Origin: Jimgerdemannia flammicorona
Taxonomy: Eukaryota
DNA length: 49,121 nucleotides
Direction of reading: 5' to 3'
NCBI GenBank assembly: GCA_003990765.1
Contig: RBNJ01000033.1
Span: forward strand, 1 to 49,121
Shown here in pieces: positions 37,124-48,400 of this stretch. Numbering within the stretch: the first letter of the stretch is position 1; the number at the start of each line of letters is the position of its first letter. The translations under genes were made by a program, and so were the position numbers. Below the pieces are notes generated by a model. It was not told where the DNA came from. It saw only the letters and a program-made list of their open reading frames with translations, and ran no database searches.

Positions 37124-40100
37124 TCATTTCCCATATTCGAGAGGATCGTCCAAAGAAATTTGTCTCCGTAGTGACGCTAAATGGAAGCAATTCGGTATTC
37201 ATGAATGACCAATCATAACAACACTGTTCCTATGCCACTGAAACAAATGGAAATTTAGAGAAGTTTTCTGATACCTGAGAGTGTATTTTCCGAAACAACA
37301 GGTGCTAGTGAGGCTACCGTATTGTGAAATCCATCTCCCTTTCCTTCTTTCTCCAACACGGCTTTCATCATGGCGTCCAATCGCGTCAGTATCTCATCCA
37401 CCTTGGGCCTCTTGGCCGGGTCACCGTCCCAGCACTGGGAGTAGAGCTCGACATAATCCTCCGGCGTACCCTGGATTGGCTCCTCCCGGAACCCCAAATT
37501 GATTTGCATAGCTGTAGTCATGGTATCCAAATCTGAAAAGGGCTCGCCACCATCTGCACTGATTACCCAAAAGATTACGCCCAGACTAAAAACGTCACCA
37601 CGCGTGTCATGCTTAGCTCGCTGGGACAAGCGTTCTGGTGGGATCTTTGTAGACCAGGGGAAGTGGAATTTGGTGAATGCTTAAGAGGGTATGAAAGATA
37701 AAAACTAAGGCAGGTCACACGGTTGTAACAAAATAAAATGGGTACATACGTATGGTGCTCGCCCTTGGGGGTTGAATTTCGAGGTTTTGGCGGATGCCAA
37801 CTTTCCCAAGCCAAAGTCGGCGATGAGTGCCCTTCCCTCGGCATTGATGCTATAAGTGCCAAGCAATCAAATCAGTCACAAAAAATTTCCAAAGAAAAAT
37901 ACGACGAATGCGATAGAGATACACACAGAATGTTCTTGCTGTGCAAATCGCGGTGGATCACGTTTCTGCTGTGTATGTATCGGAGCGCTTCGGCAATCTG
38001 GATCGCGAGGCTTAGCTTGTCAGCCCAGCTTAATTGACCCATGTTCTTCTTCAGGTAGTCTGGGAGGGCGCCCTGCTCAGCATATTTCATTACCAAGATA
38101 TAGGAGTTCGTTTTCGGATCTATGTTTGCAGAAAATAATTTGTTGACTGAGCTTAAATCCTATTAGCAGGCGGGAAATCTTTTGCAGTGAACTTGAGGGT
38201 ACTTACCCTGTGATATACCATAGCATCTCGCCACAAAGTGTTCATCATCCACCTTGCGGATAAGTTGATACTATCAGATATATAAACAGCAGTTCAGTGA
38301 AACATAATAGATTTCACCGGTCGTGCTAAAAAAATTGATTATAAATTAACAGTTACGTATTTACCTCATTTACCAAAGACTGGAATGCTCCTGCGCTTTC
38401 CGGTTGCTCGAACAAGTACTTGAGGGCATACTCCTTTGATTTTAGTTTCTTGCCGGTGGTATGGTAGATTTTAGCGAATCCTCCTTCGGCGATACGGATA
38501 GGATTGTTGAATTCTTCGTCGAAGTCGAAGAATTCGATGCGCCCCTCTTTGATGGCCGACTGAAGCCAGTTCTTCGGCCCATCCAAAGTGGGATCCTCTC
38601 CACTAGAAAATTTGGATTCAAGCGGCGACAGAGCTCTATCATTGGTTTTATCCTGAATTTGGCCAGGGTCTGAGGCTTTTGAGGGCGCTTCACGTAGATT
38701 AAGTGGTGATTGGTTTGAAGTTATATCTTTAAACTCTAGAGAATATAAAGAACATAAGCTGCATCCCAACACACATCTGAAGAGAGCTATTAACAAAGTT
38801 CTAAATACCGTTGGGATCCGGCTTGGGCAAGATCGCTTCCCGATCCATTGCCTCGGTCAGAGGTTGTACTCCCTCGGTGTCAATGTAGTTATCTGAGATG
38901 TACAGGGAACGGATGAGCAATCACAAATGTAGAGAACAGTCGTATCAAAAGGATTGCAACTCACAAGGAAGATGTGTCCAAATTATATCGTGCGTTTTTT
39001 CGAGGCCAGTTTCCAAAGTCTCCAAGGCTTTCTTTAACAGACAAATATTCTGTCCAGCTTGTATGTCGGACGATTTGACGGCCTCGGAAGCAGCGTATTT
39101 CAAACATATAATGAAAGGCGATTTCGTATCTGTCACGATCGGTATGATGTCCTCCTGGCAGAACTTCGAGAAGCTAGCGTGGAGAATTTCAGATGCTTTA
39201 CGTCTGAACACAACCAATCCACCAAATGCCACTTGCTGCGACACACCGTCCTTTTCGAGTTTGTGCTCGCCGGCGTGAGGAATGTCAACAATGTCATAGT
39301 ATTGAATGTCAGAAATATTGTTCCTCACTGGCCTTCGGGCGTGTTCTTGAATGATACGGAGTTGCGATTCGAGCACCGTGGAGATTCCTGGGATGAAAAA
39401 ATATTAACATGGTTAAGAACTCGGAAGAGAATCTAATAATCATATTTAAATTGCTCACCATGTTTAGAAGACTTGACAATGCCAATCACAAATTTGTCAT
39501 CATATCGCTCCGGTGTTGGCAAACAAAGTCGGATTTTCATCATTGAATTGCACCGTCTCACACCTTCTCTAAGAGCAACATGCATTTTGTATTCTTCATG
39601 TCTGTCCGACAATAACATGCTATGGCAGAGTTGTTGCAAGTTCTCATTACTACAATCGATCCTTTCCGATGGCGAGCAAGTGTCGTTGAGAAAATAACTT
39701 AAGACCGCGAGCACACCTTCTGTGATTGGTCCGATGAAGAGAGAACACATATAGAGTAGCAGGCGCTGCTGTGTTGGAAGCGCGTCGATGGTTGGTCGGA
39801 AACGGGTTTCGAGGTTTCTACCAAATGAGCCATCTACTAGTATTGTACTGAAGTGTTCACGAATGATTTCCTCAAGAGATGCATTGCGATATTGTGGTAA
39901 GCCGACTGCATGGCCAAGAGATTCCAGACACAGTGGATGTCCGTCTACGAGCCTGACGAGGTCGTACAGAGTATGTGTGATAAAACACTCCTCCATCCTC
40001 CGCATCCTCACGTGAGAATCAAGATTTCGAATGAACAACTTGACACCGCTGTCAATGTCTAAGCCAGTAAATCCGTCCAGATACATCACTTCCTCCTGTG

Positions 40101-42003
40101 ATATCCACCTTAGACGTTGGTGTGATGTCGCAAGAATTCTAACTGGGATCCCTGGTATTAACATTATCTTCTGAAGCCAGCTCACCAACGCTACAGCACC
40201 TTCATCACCTCTGACTTGCGCGCGTGTCAAGACATCGGCTTGATCGAGGATCAGCAAACTTGTGGGATAGGACCGGAATTTCATAATGATGATCCGTTCC
40301 AACGTTCGAAGGTCATTACCAGAATCTTCCTGGAACATGACATGAGCCAGGCCCTGAAGATATTCGATGGCCGATATCTCATTCGAAGGATCGAATCGCC
40401 AAGCGAAGATCCCACCGGGGAAGAGAGGCGCTACCCGCCTGATCGCATTCTCAGCCAACGCCGTCTTGCCCTGACCGGCAATGCCCTCAATGGTGTACAA
40501 GGAACATGTCTGCGTCCCTCTCATCGCCATTCTCCTCAAAACGGCGGTTATCTTAATAAGCTCCTCCGTGCGTCCGCAAAAAAATCGTGTGAAAGAGATA
40601 TCCTCGAGGTTGTGGGGGGGCATATAGGCTTCGATCATGGGTGTACCCCTCTCGCACTTGAACGCGCCATCCTCTTCCCGAAATGTGGACGAGTAGAGCA
40701 CCATCGCACCCGGAAAGTAGCTTCGTTGGCGGATGTCTTTTGGGTTTTTCATGGAGGCGCGTGCCTCCAACATCGCCTTTTCGACCGTGCAGCCGCTGGC
40801 AAGGCACTGATAGAATTTGGACTCGAAATTGCGGAGGAGGTCGTCCGGCAGGGGACAGTTTGAACCAATGGCGTATGGAATGCCGTTTTCGGTTAGGTTA
40901 CGGGCGACACGGCGGGTTTCACTCGCGGACAGGAACGCTAGCCGTAGGTTCATTGTCGCGTCGAGGCGCAACGTGTCAGCGAAGTGGAGACCTCCTGTCT
41001 CCTGATCTTCAAAAATAAGAGCTCTCGCATCATCACCATCGAACTGCGTGCCGCAGTGTCCCATGAAATGAAGCACCGCGGCACTCTCAGGCTTTCCCCT
41101 AAGCAACTCATACATTCGGTCAACGGTCGGCGGGAACACACGCTGCAGTAATACCATTCGATTGTTTTTCTTAAACCCATCAAATAATGCCTGAAACTGA
41201 TCGCTCAGATGCAGATTTTCAAATTTCTTGGCGTTGGGATCGTTTGGCGTAACAATGGGATCCGGTACAACGGTGACGATGCGCAGCGGAAGAGGGGGAA
41301 GTTTTGGTGGTGGATTGTACGATGACTGGGACGCCTTCGGATTGCGCGGTAAAGGAGACCCCACCGGATTGCGCGATAGCTGAAGCGCCTTGGGATTGCG
41401 CGGTGGCTGAAGCCCCTTCGGATTACGTGATGACTGTGCTCCCTCCGGATTGCGCCATGGCTGAGGCGTCTTTGAGTTGCGCGGTGGCTGATGATTGCCC
41501 GATGACTGAACCCCCTTTGGATTGTGCAATGGATTGTGCAATGGCGGAGGTCCCTTAGGATTGTGCGAAAGGTCCGCAGGCTGAGGACCCTTTGGGTTGT
41601 GTAAGCGTACGAATATGCATTGTCTGGTGAGATACGCGTTATTGCCCCAAGCGTACTCCCAGGGGATGATGTCGAGGTCGTGGTCACCATTGAGATCTAG
41701 TAGGATCCGACGCTTTGAAAGAGGCCGTAACATATCCTGCAGCAGACGCCAGGCAGGGTCGGATTCCGTTTTCGAAAAGAGGGCCCTGAACAATTTTTTG
41801 CCATATTTTCTGAGATCTGCAGATTTGGGGTTTAAGTCGAAGACATCGACTACGATAGATCGGCCCTCTTGGATTTCTTGAAGGTTGAAGGAATGGCTTT
41901 CAACGAGCTTAGCCAGGTAAACATCGGCGGTGGAAACCTTTACACGGACTCTGGTTTCTTTGGGGTTGTCACTGTTGGTATATTTTGACAAGGATATCAG
42001 CAT
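37124..42003 (-). CDS. NLR-like fusion protein of about 1400 aa: CHAT (Cys>Ser), NB-ARC-like STAND NTPase, degenerate GTPase-like segment, TKL-type kinase
   Basis: Exons 42003-39459, 39387-38965, 38892-38809, 38735-38365, 38270-38207, 38119-37927, 37849-37750, 37644-37275, 37176-37124. All GT-AG and phase-compatible, 4203 nt in total. CHAT: IPWEY, VLHFMGHC, LIFED, LAFLSASET. STAND: FCGRTEEL, GIAGQGKT, LLILDQAD, ILATS, GHPLCL, YKMH. Kinase: AEGGFA, ALK, HRDLHSKNIL, DFG, PYIPPE, DVFSLG, CWDGDPAKRP. The frame stays open upstream to 42108, so the start is uncertain, and the last exon is tentative. Confidence 0.82.
41317..41600 (-). repeat. Coding tandem repeat of 27 bp / 9 aa (consensus RNPKGxQxx) inside the CHAT region
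   Basis: RNSKTPQPW RNPEGAQSS RNPKGLQPP RNPKALQLS RNPVGSPLP RNPKASQSS, preceded by HNPKG units. Confidence 0.9.
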
Positions 42004-42557
42004 GTTTGTGGGTGGTTCTTCCGTTTGACGCAGTCTGTGGCTTGTTTCCAAGGAAACCTTAATTATTGTGGAGTTCGGCAGTCTCCACCGGAATCGCTTG
42101 ACAGTCAAAGGGCGGTAATTGGTCTGGATGTAGACTGAAAGGGCGTGTGGTAGTCGCGATGCGTTTGCTAAGAATTCACTAAGTAAAGTGTCTGAAGAAC
42201 CTCTCGGAAGGCTTGAAAAATGACCGCTTGTGCACCTAATCCTTAGATCTACGAATCCTCAGGATATGTGCTCTAGTTGTCAATTTCCTAATAAATTCTG
42301 ATTATCTGAACCAGCTCTGTCCTTTATTGCATGCTTGAATCCTACACTATTTATACATGGAGGTCCCTATCCCCTCGAACCTACTAGAATACTATTAATG
42401 CCTCTATGAAACCACAAGAAGTATCTGGAATACTCCACTGAGTAATTAGAGCACTTTAGAGATAGAAATGGAAATAGACTTCTGATTATATGTATGTTTT
42501 AGAATCCAGGATTTTGCCTATTTTGGATACATCCTGTTTTTGACCATATGCTCCTAC

Positions 42558-42902
42558 TTTTTTTTTTTTTTTTTTTTTTTAATAGACTCAATGTCTCGTG
42601 GATTTTTATTGGAAGGGAACCTAGACTATATAGACCAAAACTCTCCTCTATCATCCATCAAGCACTGCCCCCCCATTAACCTAGGCTAGCTATTGTCCAG
42701 CAGCTTGACCATGCCAGGCACAACAGGGCCTATGTTGGCCTATATCTCATTTTGTATACCATGCTCTCCCTACCACCAGAGAGAATCTAGCTATATGCCA
42801 ATGACTGAAAGCACATACCTGAGACCCCAATATATGTACAAGACCATGTCTGAGCCAAATAGAATAGCCCCTGCCACTCCAAAGAGAATGACAGGCAAAG
42901 AA
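42558..42902 (-). mobile_element. Short 5'-truncated LINE-like copy
   Basis: T-tract 42558-42580, 15-bp TSD ACCATATGCTCCTAC (42543-42557) / ACCATATGCTCTTAC (42903-42917), homologous to 23940-24265. Confidence 0.88.
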
Positions 42903-43800
42903 ACCATATGCTCTTACATTTACCTTCTCTTCTTTAAATATATCTTTTCTTACAAGAATAACTATAGATAGCACTGATAGACTATAGAAGATACTAAGAA
43001 GTTTAGATATTATATAAAACAGTAAAGATATAGAAAACAAGGGTCATCTGGTATCAGAGGCTCTGTATTTCCTTTTCTGGTAATATATAGACTAGATGAT
43101 ATCAGTGTCCATATATCAAATTCAGCCAGACTCTCATCAAAGATTACCAGTTCATTTAATCTCCTGGTATATAGTCTCTCTTCTGAATATATTTCTTACT
43201 TATTCTCCAGAAACAGAAGAATACTTTCTATAGATATCTTGGGCACCAAATACTATTTTAATCAATGTAGAATCTTATGTTCTAGTTGACAGAAGACCTT
43301 CTCATTCTCTTATTCCTCATATTACTCATCATATAGTCTCTTAGCTTATTCTGAGGACAATAGTAGTCAAGATAGAGTATTATTGCCTTATATACTAGTC
43401 CAAAGCACATTATGTCAGTAATTTAATAGTAAGAAAGATATAAGTCTCAATTAATGTCCATAAAGGAGTACTATCAGACATAGAGAAAAGAGATGAAGAA
43501 GATACAGAAGTCTTTATATACTCAGTATATAAGAATAAAAGCAAGACAACTAAGCTTACAGATAAGCAGTAGTACAACAAGATCATCAATAGCTATGTCC
43601 CTCAAGGAAGATATCCCTATGGTACCAGGATGTACTGCTTTGAATACCTAAATAACTACTGGTTCTGTATTAGTAAAGTTAGAAAAATCTATCAACAAAG
43701 GCATAAGTAAGAAGCAGCTAAAGCAAAAAAGAAAGCCGAAGAAGATGACCAGCCCTCAGAGCTTCAAGCTGATATCAATGATGAGGAGGAACAAGAACCA

Positions 43801-44906
43801 GACATTACTCTCAAGGTTAAGAAGTTTTACCCCAAAGCTAAGATCCTAGAATATAAAACTAAAGGAGCCATAGAAATGGATCTTGCTAGTATCTAAGATG
43901 CTATTCTTGAACCACAAACCACTACTCTACTAGACACTGGAATTGGAGTCAAGTTACTAAAGAACTATGCTGGAATTATCAAGACTAGGAGCAGTCTGGC
44001 CAAGAGTGAAATCTCAGTTAAAGGAGGAGTTATTGACTTTGATTACACTGGTGAGATCTTTCTTATAGTTAGAAATCACAACTCTATCATCCTATTCAAA
44101 GTCAAGAAGTATGATAGAATTGGCTAAATACTGATCTATGAAGTTAAGAAGTCTAAGATAACTGAAGTCATTGAACTTATCAAGACTAAGAGAGAAGAAT
44201 AAGACTTTAGATCTACTGAAAGAGGAGTCTATTCTGTCACTAAGATTACTAAACTCTAGTATAAGAAAGATAAGAACCAGAACAAATATATATATACTAT
44301 TAGAAAAAACTTTCCCCTAGAAGAACAACTTCTCAAGATTCTATATCAGAATGAAGGAGTACTTACTATAGACTTCAGAGACATCCATAATTAAGAACTT
44401 AAGTACTACTATAAAGTTGATATCAGTGATACTAAGCTCATCTATCAGAAAGCCAGACCCATACCATCTGCCTATAGAGAATAGCTGCAAGCAGAACTCA
44501 AAGAAATAAAAGAAGCTAGTATTATTAAGCAAGCTATCAGCTCTTAGACTTCACTCATTATCCTTACCCCAAAGAAAGAAAGTAAGTCTGGAGAGTTTGC
44601 TTCAAGACTTTGTATTGATTATAGAAAGTTCAATGCAATCACTAAGAAGGATAAACAGCTCTTGCCAAATATTCAAAAAATTCTTATTATCCTTAGAAGC
44701 AAAGCCAAATACTATACTATCTTGAATCTGTTCTCAGACTTTTATCAGATCAGTCTCACTTAAGATGCCAGTGAGAAATCAGCCTTCATCATACCTAATA
44801 TCACCTATATCTATCTATAAATACCATTTGAAATATACAATGCTCCAGCAAGTTTTCAGTAAATGATGAATAGAGTCTTTAGTAATGAAATTGGAAAATG
44901 GCTTAT
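43801..44906 (+). mobile_element. Decayed Ty3/Gypsy pol fragment: dUTPase followed by the N-terminal half of reverse transcriptase
   Basis: dUTPase 43807-44220: KGAIEMDL, DTGIGV, KTRSSLAK, GGVIDFDYTGEI, DRIG*I, TKREE*DFRSTE. RT ~44500-44906: RLCIDYRKFNAITKKD..LPNI, FYQI, EKSAF, IPF.IYNAPASFQ*MMNRVF. Element probably extends upstream. Confidence 0.88.
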
Positions 44907-45069
44907 TGTGAAATACTGGAATTTGAGGGATAAAGGAGCAATCTTTATTGATATGTGCGAAGCGCGTATTTACATGTTGATGACGTTTCCACTGATGACG
45001 TCCTCACATGTGAGCTGCGCCACCTTCACGTGAGCTACATACCGAGTTGATTAGCTAGAAATCTCAACA
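44907..45069 (-). repeat. 163-bp 3' LTR of the Copia element
   Basis: Minus strand reads TGTTGAGA...TTTCACA, preceded by the PPT TTGAGCGGGAG, with an internal AATAAA. Confidence 0.88.
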
Positions 45070-45439
45070 CTCCCGCTCAACAAGATATGCGCTCAAACTG
45101 CAGAAATGCATGCTAACTAACTAATGAATGCAATGCAGGAAACGATAGGTAGAATGGGTGCTATCTATCAACCTAAAAAATGTCCGAATTCCCTGCTTAT
45201 AAGCACTAAAATAGGTAGAATACGTAGTAGAAAGGGTGCGCTAGGAACTGATAAACAGTCCGAATGTCTGAAATGGATGTCCGCTTGAAATGTTTGCTTG
45301 CTTGCTTGCAAATAGAAATGCAGTACGGATGTGCAATGTTCATAGGGGATGTAAGATGTATATGTTGGAGGCTTTTTGCCGTTAGGAAAGTCTCGTGATT
45401 TGCGTCGATTATTGTTGTTATTGGTGGTCCCTGAATCCT

Positions 45440-48400
45440 GGCCGTAGCATAGGGTTGCTTGTAAGACACATCCCTTGCATGCAGTGTTCGAATTTTGGCC
45501 TCGGAAGGGCCTTTGTAAGAGAATCCGCCGTCATAGACTCTGTTGGCATATATTCCAGGCATATAGTACCGTTTTCCATGCATTCGCATATATAATGATG
45601 TTGAATGTCGATATGCTTAGTCCTTGCATGATGTATAGGGTTCTTTGCTAATGCAATCGTAGATTGATTATCCTGTAAGATCAGTGTAGAGTCTCGTTCC
45701 TGAGTATACCCTAATTCCTTTAGTAATTTTCATAGCCATACGGCTTCCTTAGTTGCTGTGGACAATGCTTGATATTCCGCTTGCGTAGAGGATGTGGCCA
45801 CCGATGATTGCTTACGTGTTTGCCACGAGATAACTCCTTTGCTGATATGGAAGAGATATCCGGTCGTAGAGCGCCAGTCGTCGAGGTCGCTGGCCCAATC
45901 GGCATCGCAAGCTCCGGAGATATGCACGTGACTCCCGCTTTGTCCTTTATCACTGCCCAAACTGAGCGTATAGTCCGCTGTTCCTTTGATGTACCTGAAT
46001 ATGCGCTTAATTGCTGTCCAATGCGAGTTGTCATAGCATGAGGCGTACTGCGCCACTTTGTTTACTGCATAAGAGATGTCTGGTCGCATTCCTTGTATAA
46101 GATATATAAGGGATCCCACTGCTTGTCTATAGGGGATGTTCTTGTCGGGCGTAGAGTCACTTTTCCTTAGCCTCATCGTAGTTTCCATTGGCGTCGCCAC
46201 TGGCTTACAATCACTCATCCTGAATCGTTCAAGTACTTGCTTAGCGTAGGTGGCTTGGGATAGGTGTATAGCGCGCTTGTTTCTGTCACGTGTAATCGCT
46301 ATCCCCAATAAGAAGGACGTGTCGCCTAAGTCCGTCATCTCAAATTCCTGGCATAGCGTAGCTTTTACTTCGTTAACTTGGCTCCTCTTGCTAACGATTA
46401 TGATATCATCGACCCATATCCCCAAGTATACCATTCCTGAGGATGTATGTCGCGTATATATGCATGGATCCACTTCGCACTGCCGAAATCCGTTGTCAAG
46501 CAGATATTGATCGATCTTCCGATTCCATAGTCTCGCTGCTTGCTTGATTCCGTATAACCCTTTATGTAGTTTGCATACGAGCTCTTTCCGCCCGTCGTAT
46601 AGTTCATATCCTTGCGGCTGTTGGACGTATAGTTCCGTATCTACATCACCATTCAGGAACGCAGTCTTAACATCCATCTGCTGTATTTTGTAATCGTACT
46701 CAGCGCCGATAGCCAGTAGTATGCGTAGAGAAGTGAGCTTGAATATGGGAGAGAACGTCTCGTCGTAGTCTACGCCGTAATCCTGTGAATATCCCTTAGC
46801 AACGAAGCATGCCTTGTACTGCTCTATGCTTCCATCGCTTTGATGCTTAACTTTATATACCCAACGAGATCCTATAGCTTGATGATCCCTTGGAAGAGGT
46901 ACTAGATCCCAAGTACCATTGCTGATGAGCAAATTATACTCTTCATCCATCGCTCACTTCCACTCCTTACTATCAGGGGAGGATACGGCTTCGTCATATG
47001 ATCGTGGATCCACCATTGTCAAGTATGTACACTCGCAAGCATAGTTCACGTGATGCTTGCGTTGGGTCTTCGGAACATTCCAATAGTCTCCTAGATCCGT
47101 ATCCAATGTCCTGGATTTGCACTTTTGTTTACCTTTCGTAGATGGGAGAATCGTCTCCGCTTTGCTAGTCTCGTCATCGCTATCCCTTATCTCAGTTATC
47201 CTCGGTCCAGGAGGTGGCGAAGGAATCCTCACTGGGATAGGTGACATTTTCAGGGGTGTCTTCAGGGGTGTGACCGGAGGACTCGCCGGAGGCGTAGTAC
47301 TGGCCGCCAGAGGCATAAGGTTGATTGCCAGGGGCGTTCCCGGAAGCGTATGTGTAATCGTAGTTGTCTTCTCGATATTCACGTATGAATCCTGTACGCC
47401 GGGTTCCTTGAATGTAATGTCACAGGAGTTAACAATTCTCTGCTTCCTTGGATTCTACAGTCTATACGCTTTGCAACCATTGCTATACCCGAGGAATACA
47501 TGCTTAGTAGCCTTTGGATCAAACTTATCCTTATTTCCGCTTTTATCTAACACGTAGGCTTTGCTTCCGAATATGCGTAGATGTGAGATATCGGGCTGAT
47601 TTCCACTCCATAGCTGATGTGGTGTAGCATTATCCTCGTTCCTGGATTGCTGATCATTGCCACAAGCATCCTTGCTTAGAGCTCGAGAAATACACCTATT
47701 GCGTATATACACTGCCGTATTCACCGCTTCGGCCCAAAAGGGCTTCGATAGATCAGCCGTGTTGAGCATTATACAGGCCATCTCCACTACCATTCGGTTA
47801 AAACGCTCCGCTACGCCATTCTGCTGAGGCGTATAGGGAGCTGTCATTTGGTGTTTTATCCCGTGTCTCGTCAAGAAGTTCTTGAACTGATTATTAACAT
47901 ACTCCTTGCCGTTATCTGAGCATAGTGCTCGAATTTTACATCTGGTCTCGTTTTCGACGATAGCCTTGTATTCTCTGAATTTTTCCAAAGCTTCACTCTT
48001 TGCCACCATAAGGTATATGTAGACCTTGCGCATATAGTCGTCGATGAACGTAATAAAATACTTCTTCCCGGAGTGTGATTTATTTCTCGCAGGTCCCCAT
48101 ACGTCTGAGTGTACCAAATCGAGTATCCCTGAGGCTCGTTTCGTCTGTTCCTGGAAGGGTTGTTGACAGGCCTTGTTCATCGTGCAATCATCACATGGCA
48201 TATGGTCCGGGCGTAAGTTGTCCGGGAGTCTGCTCACCGAACCGTTCCTTATCATATGTTCAAGGCTTGTCGGGCTGATATGTCCGAGTCTCCGGTGCCA
48301 GGTATATGCTACGCTGGTCGTTCCAGACCACGCTGCATTTGCCGCAGCTGCGCCACTCGGCGTTTTGTTTATTGCATATAAGTATCCATGCTTCCTGGTC

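Noticed and set aside
39570-39595. MHV instead of MHD as an autoactivating NB-ARC variant
   Set aside because: The D>V rule comes from plant NLRs. Fungal and bacterial NB-ARC domains vary at this position, so nothing can be concluded.
40216-40863. 215-aa plus-strand ORF and other antisense ORFs over SPF1, RRP12 and the Copia pol
   Set aside because: Shadow frames opposite well-supported GC-rich coding sequence, with no motifs of their own.
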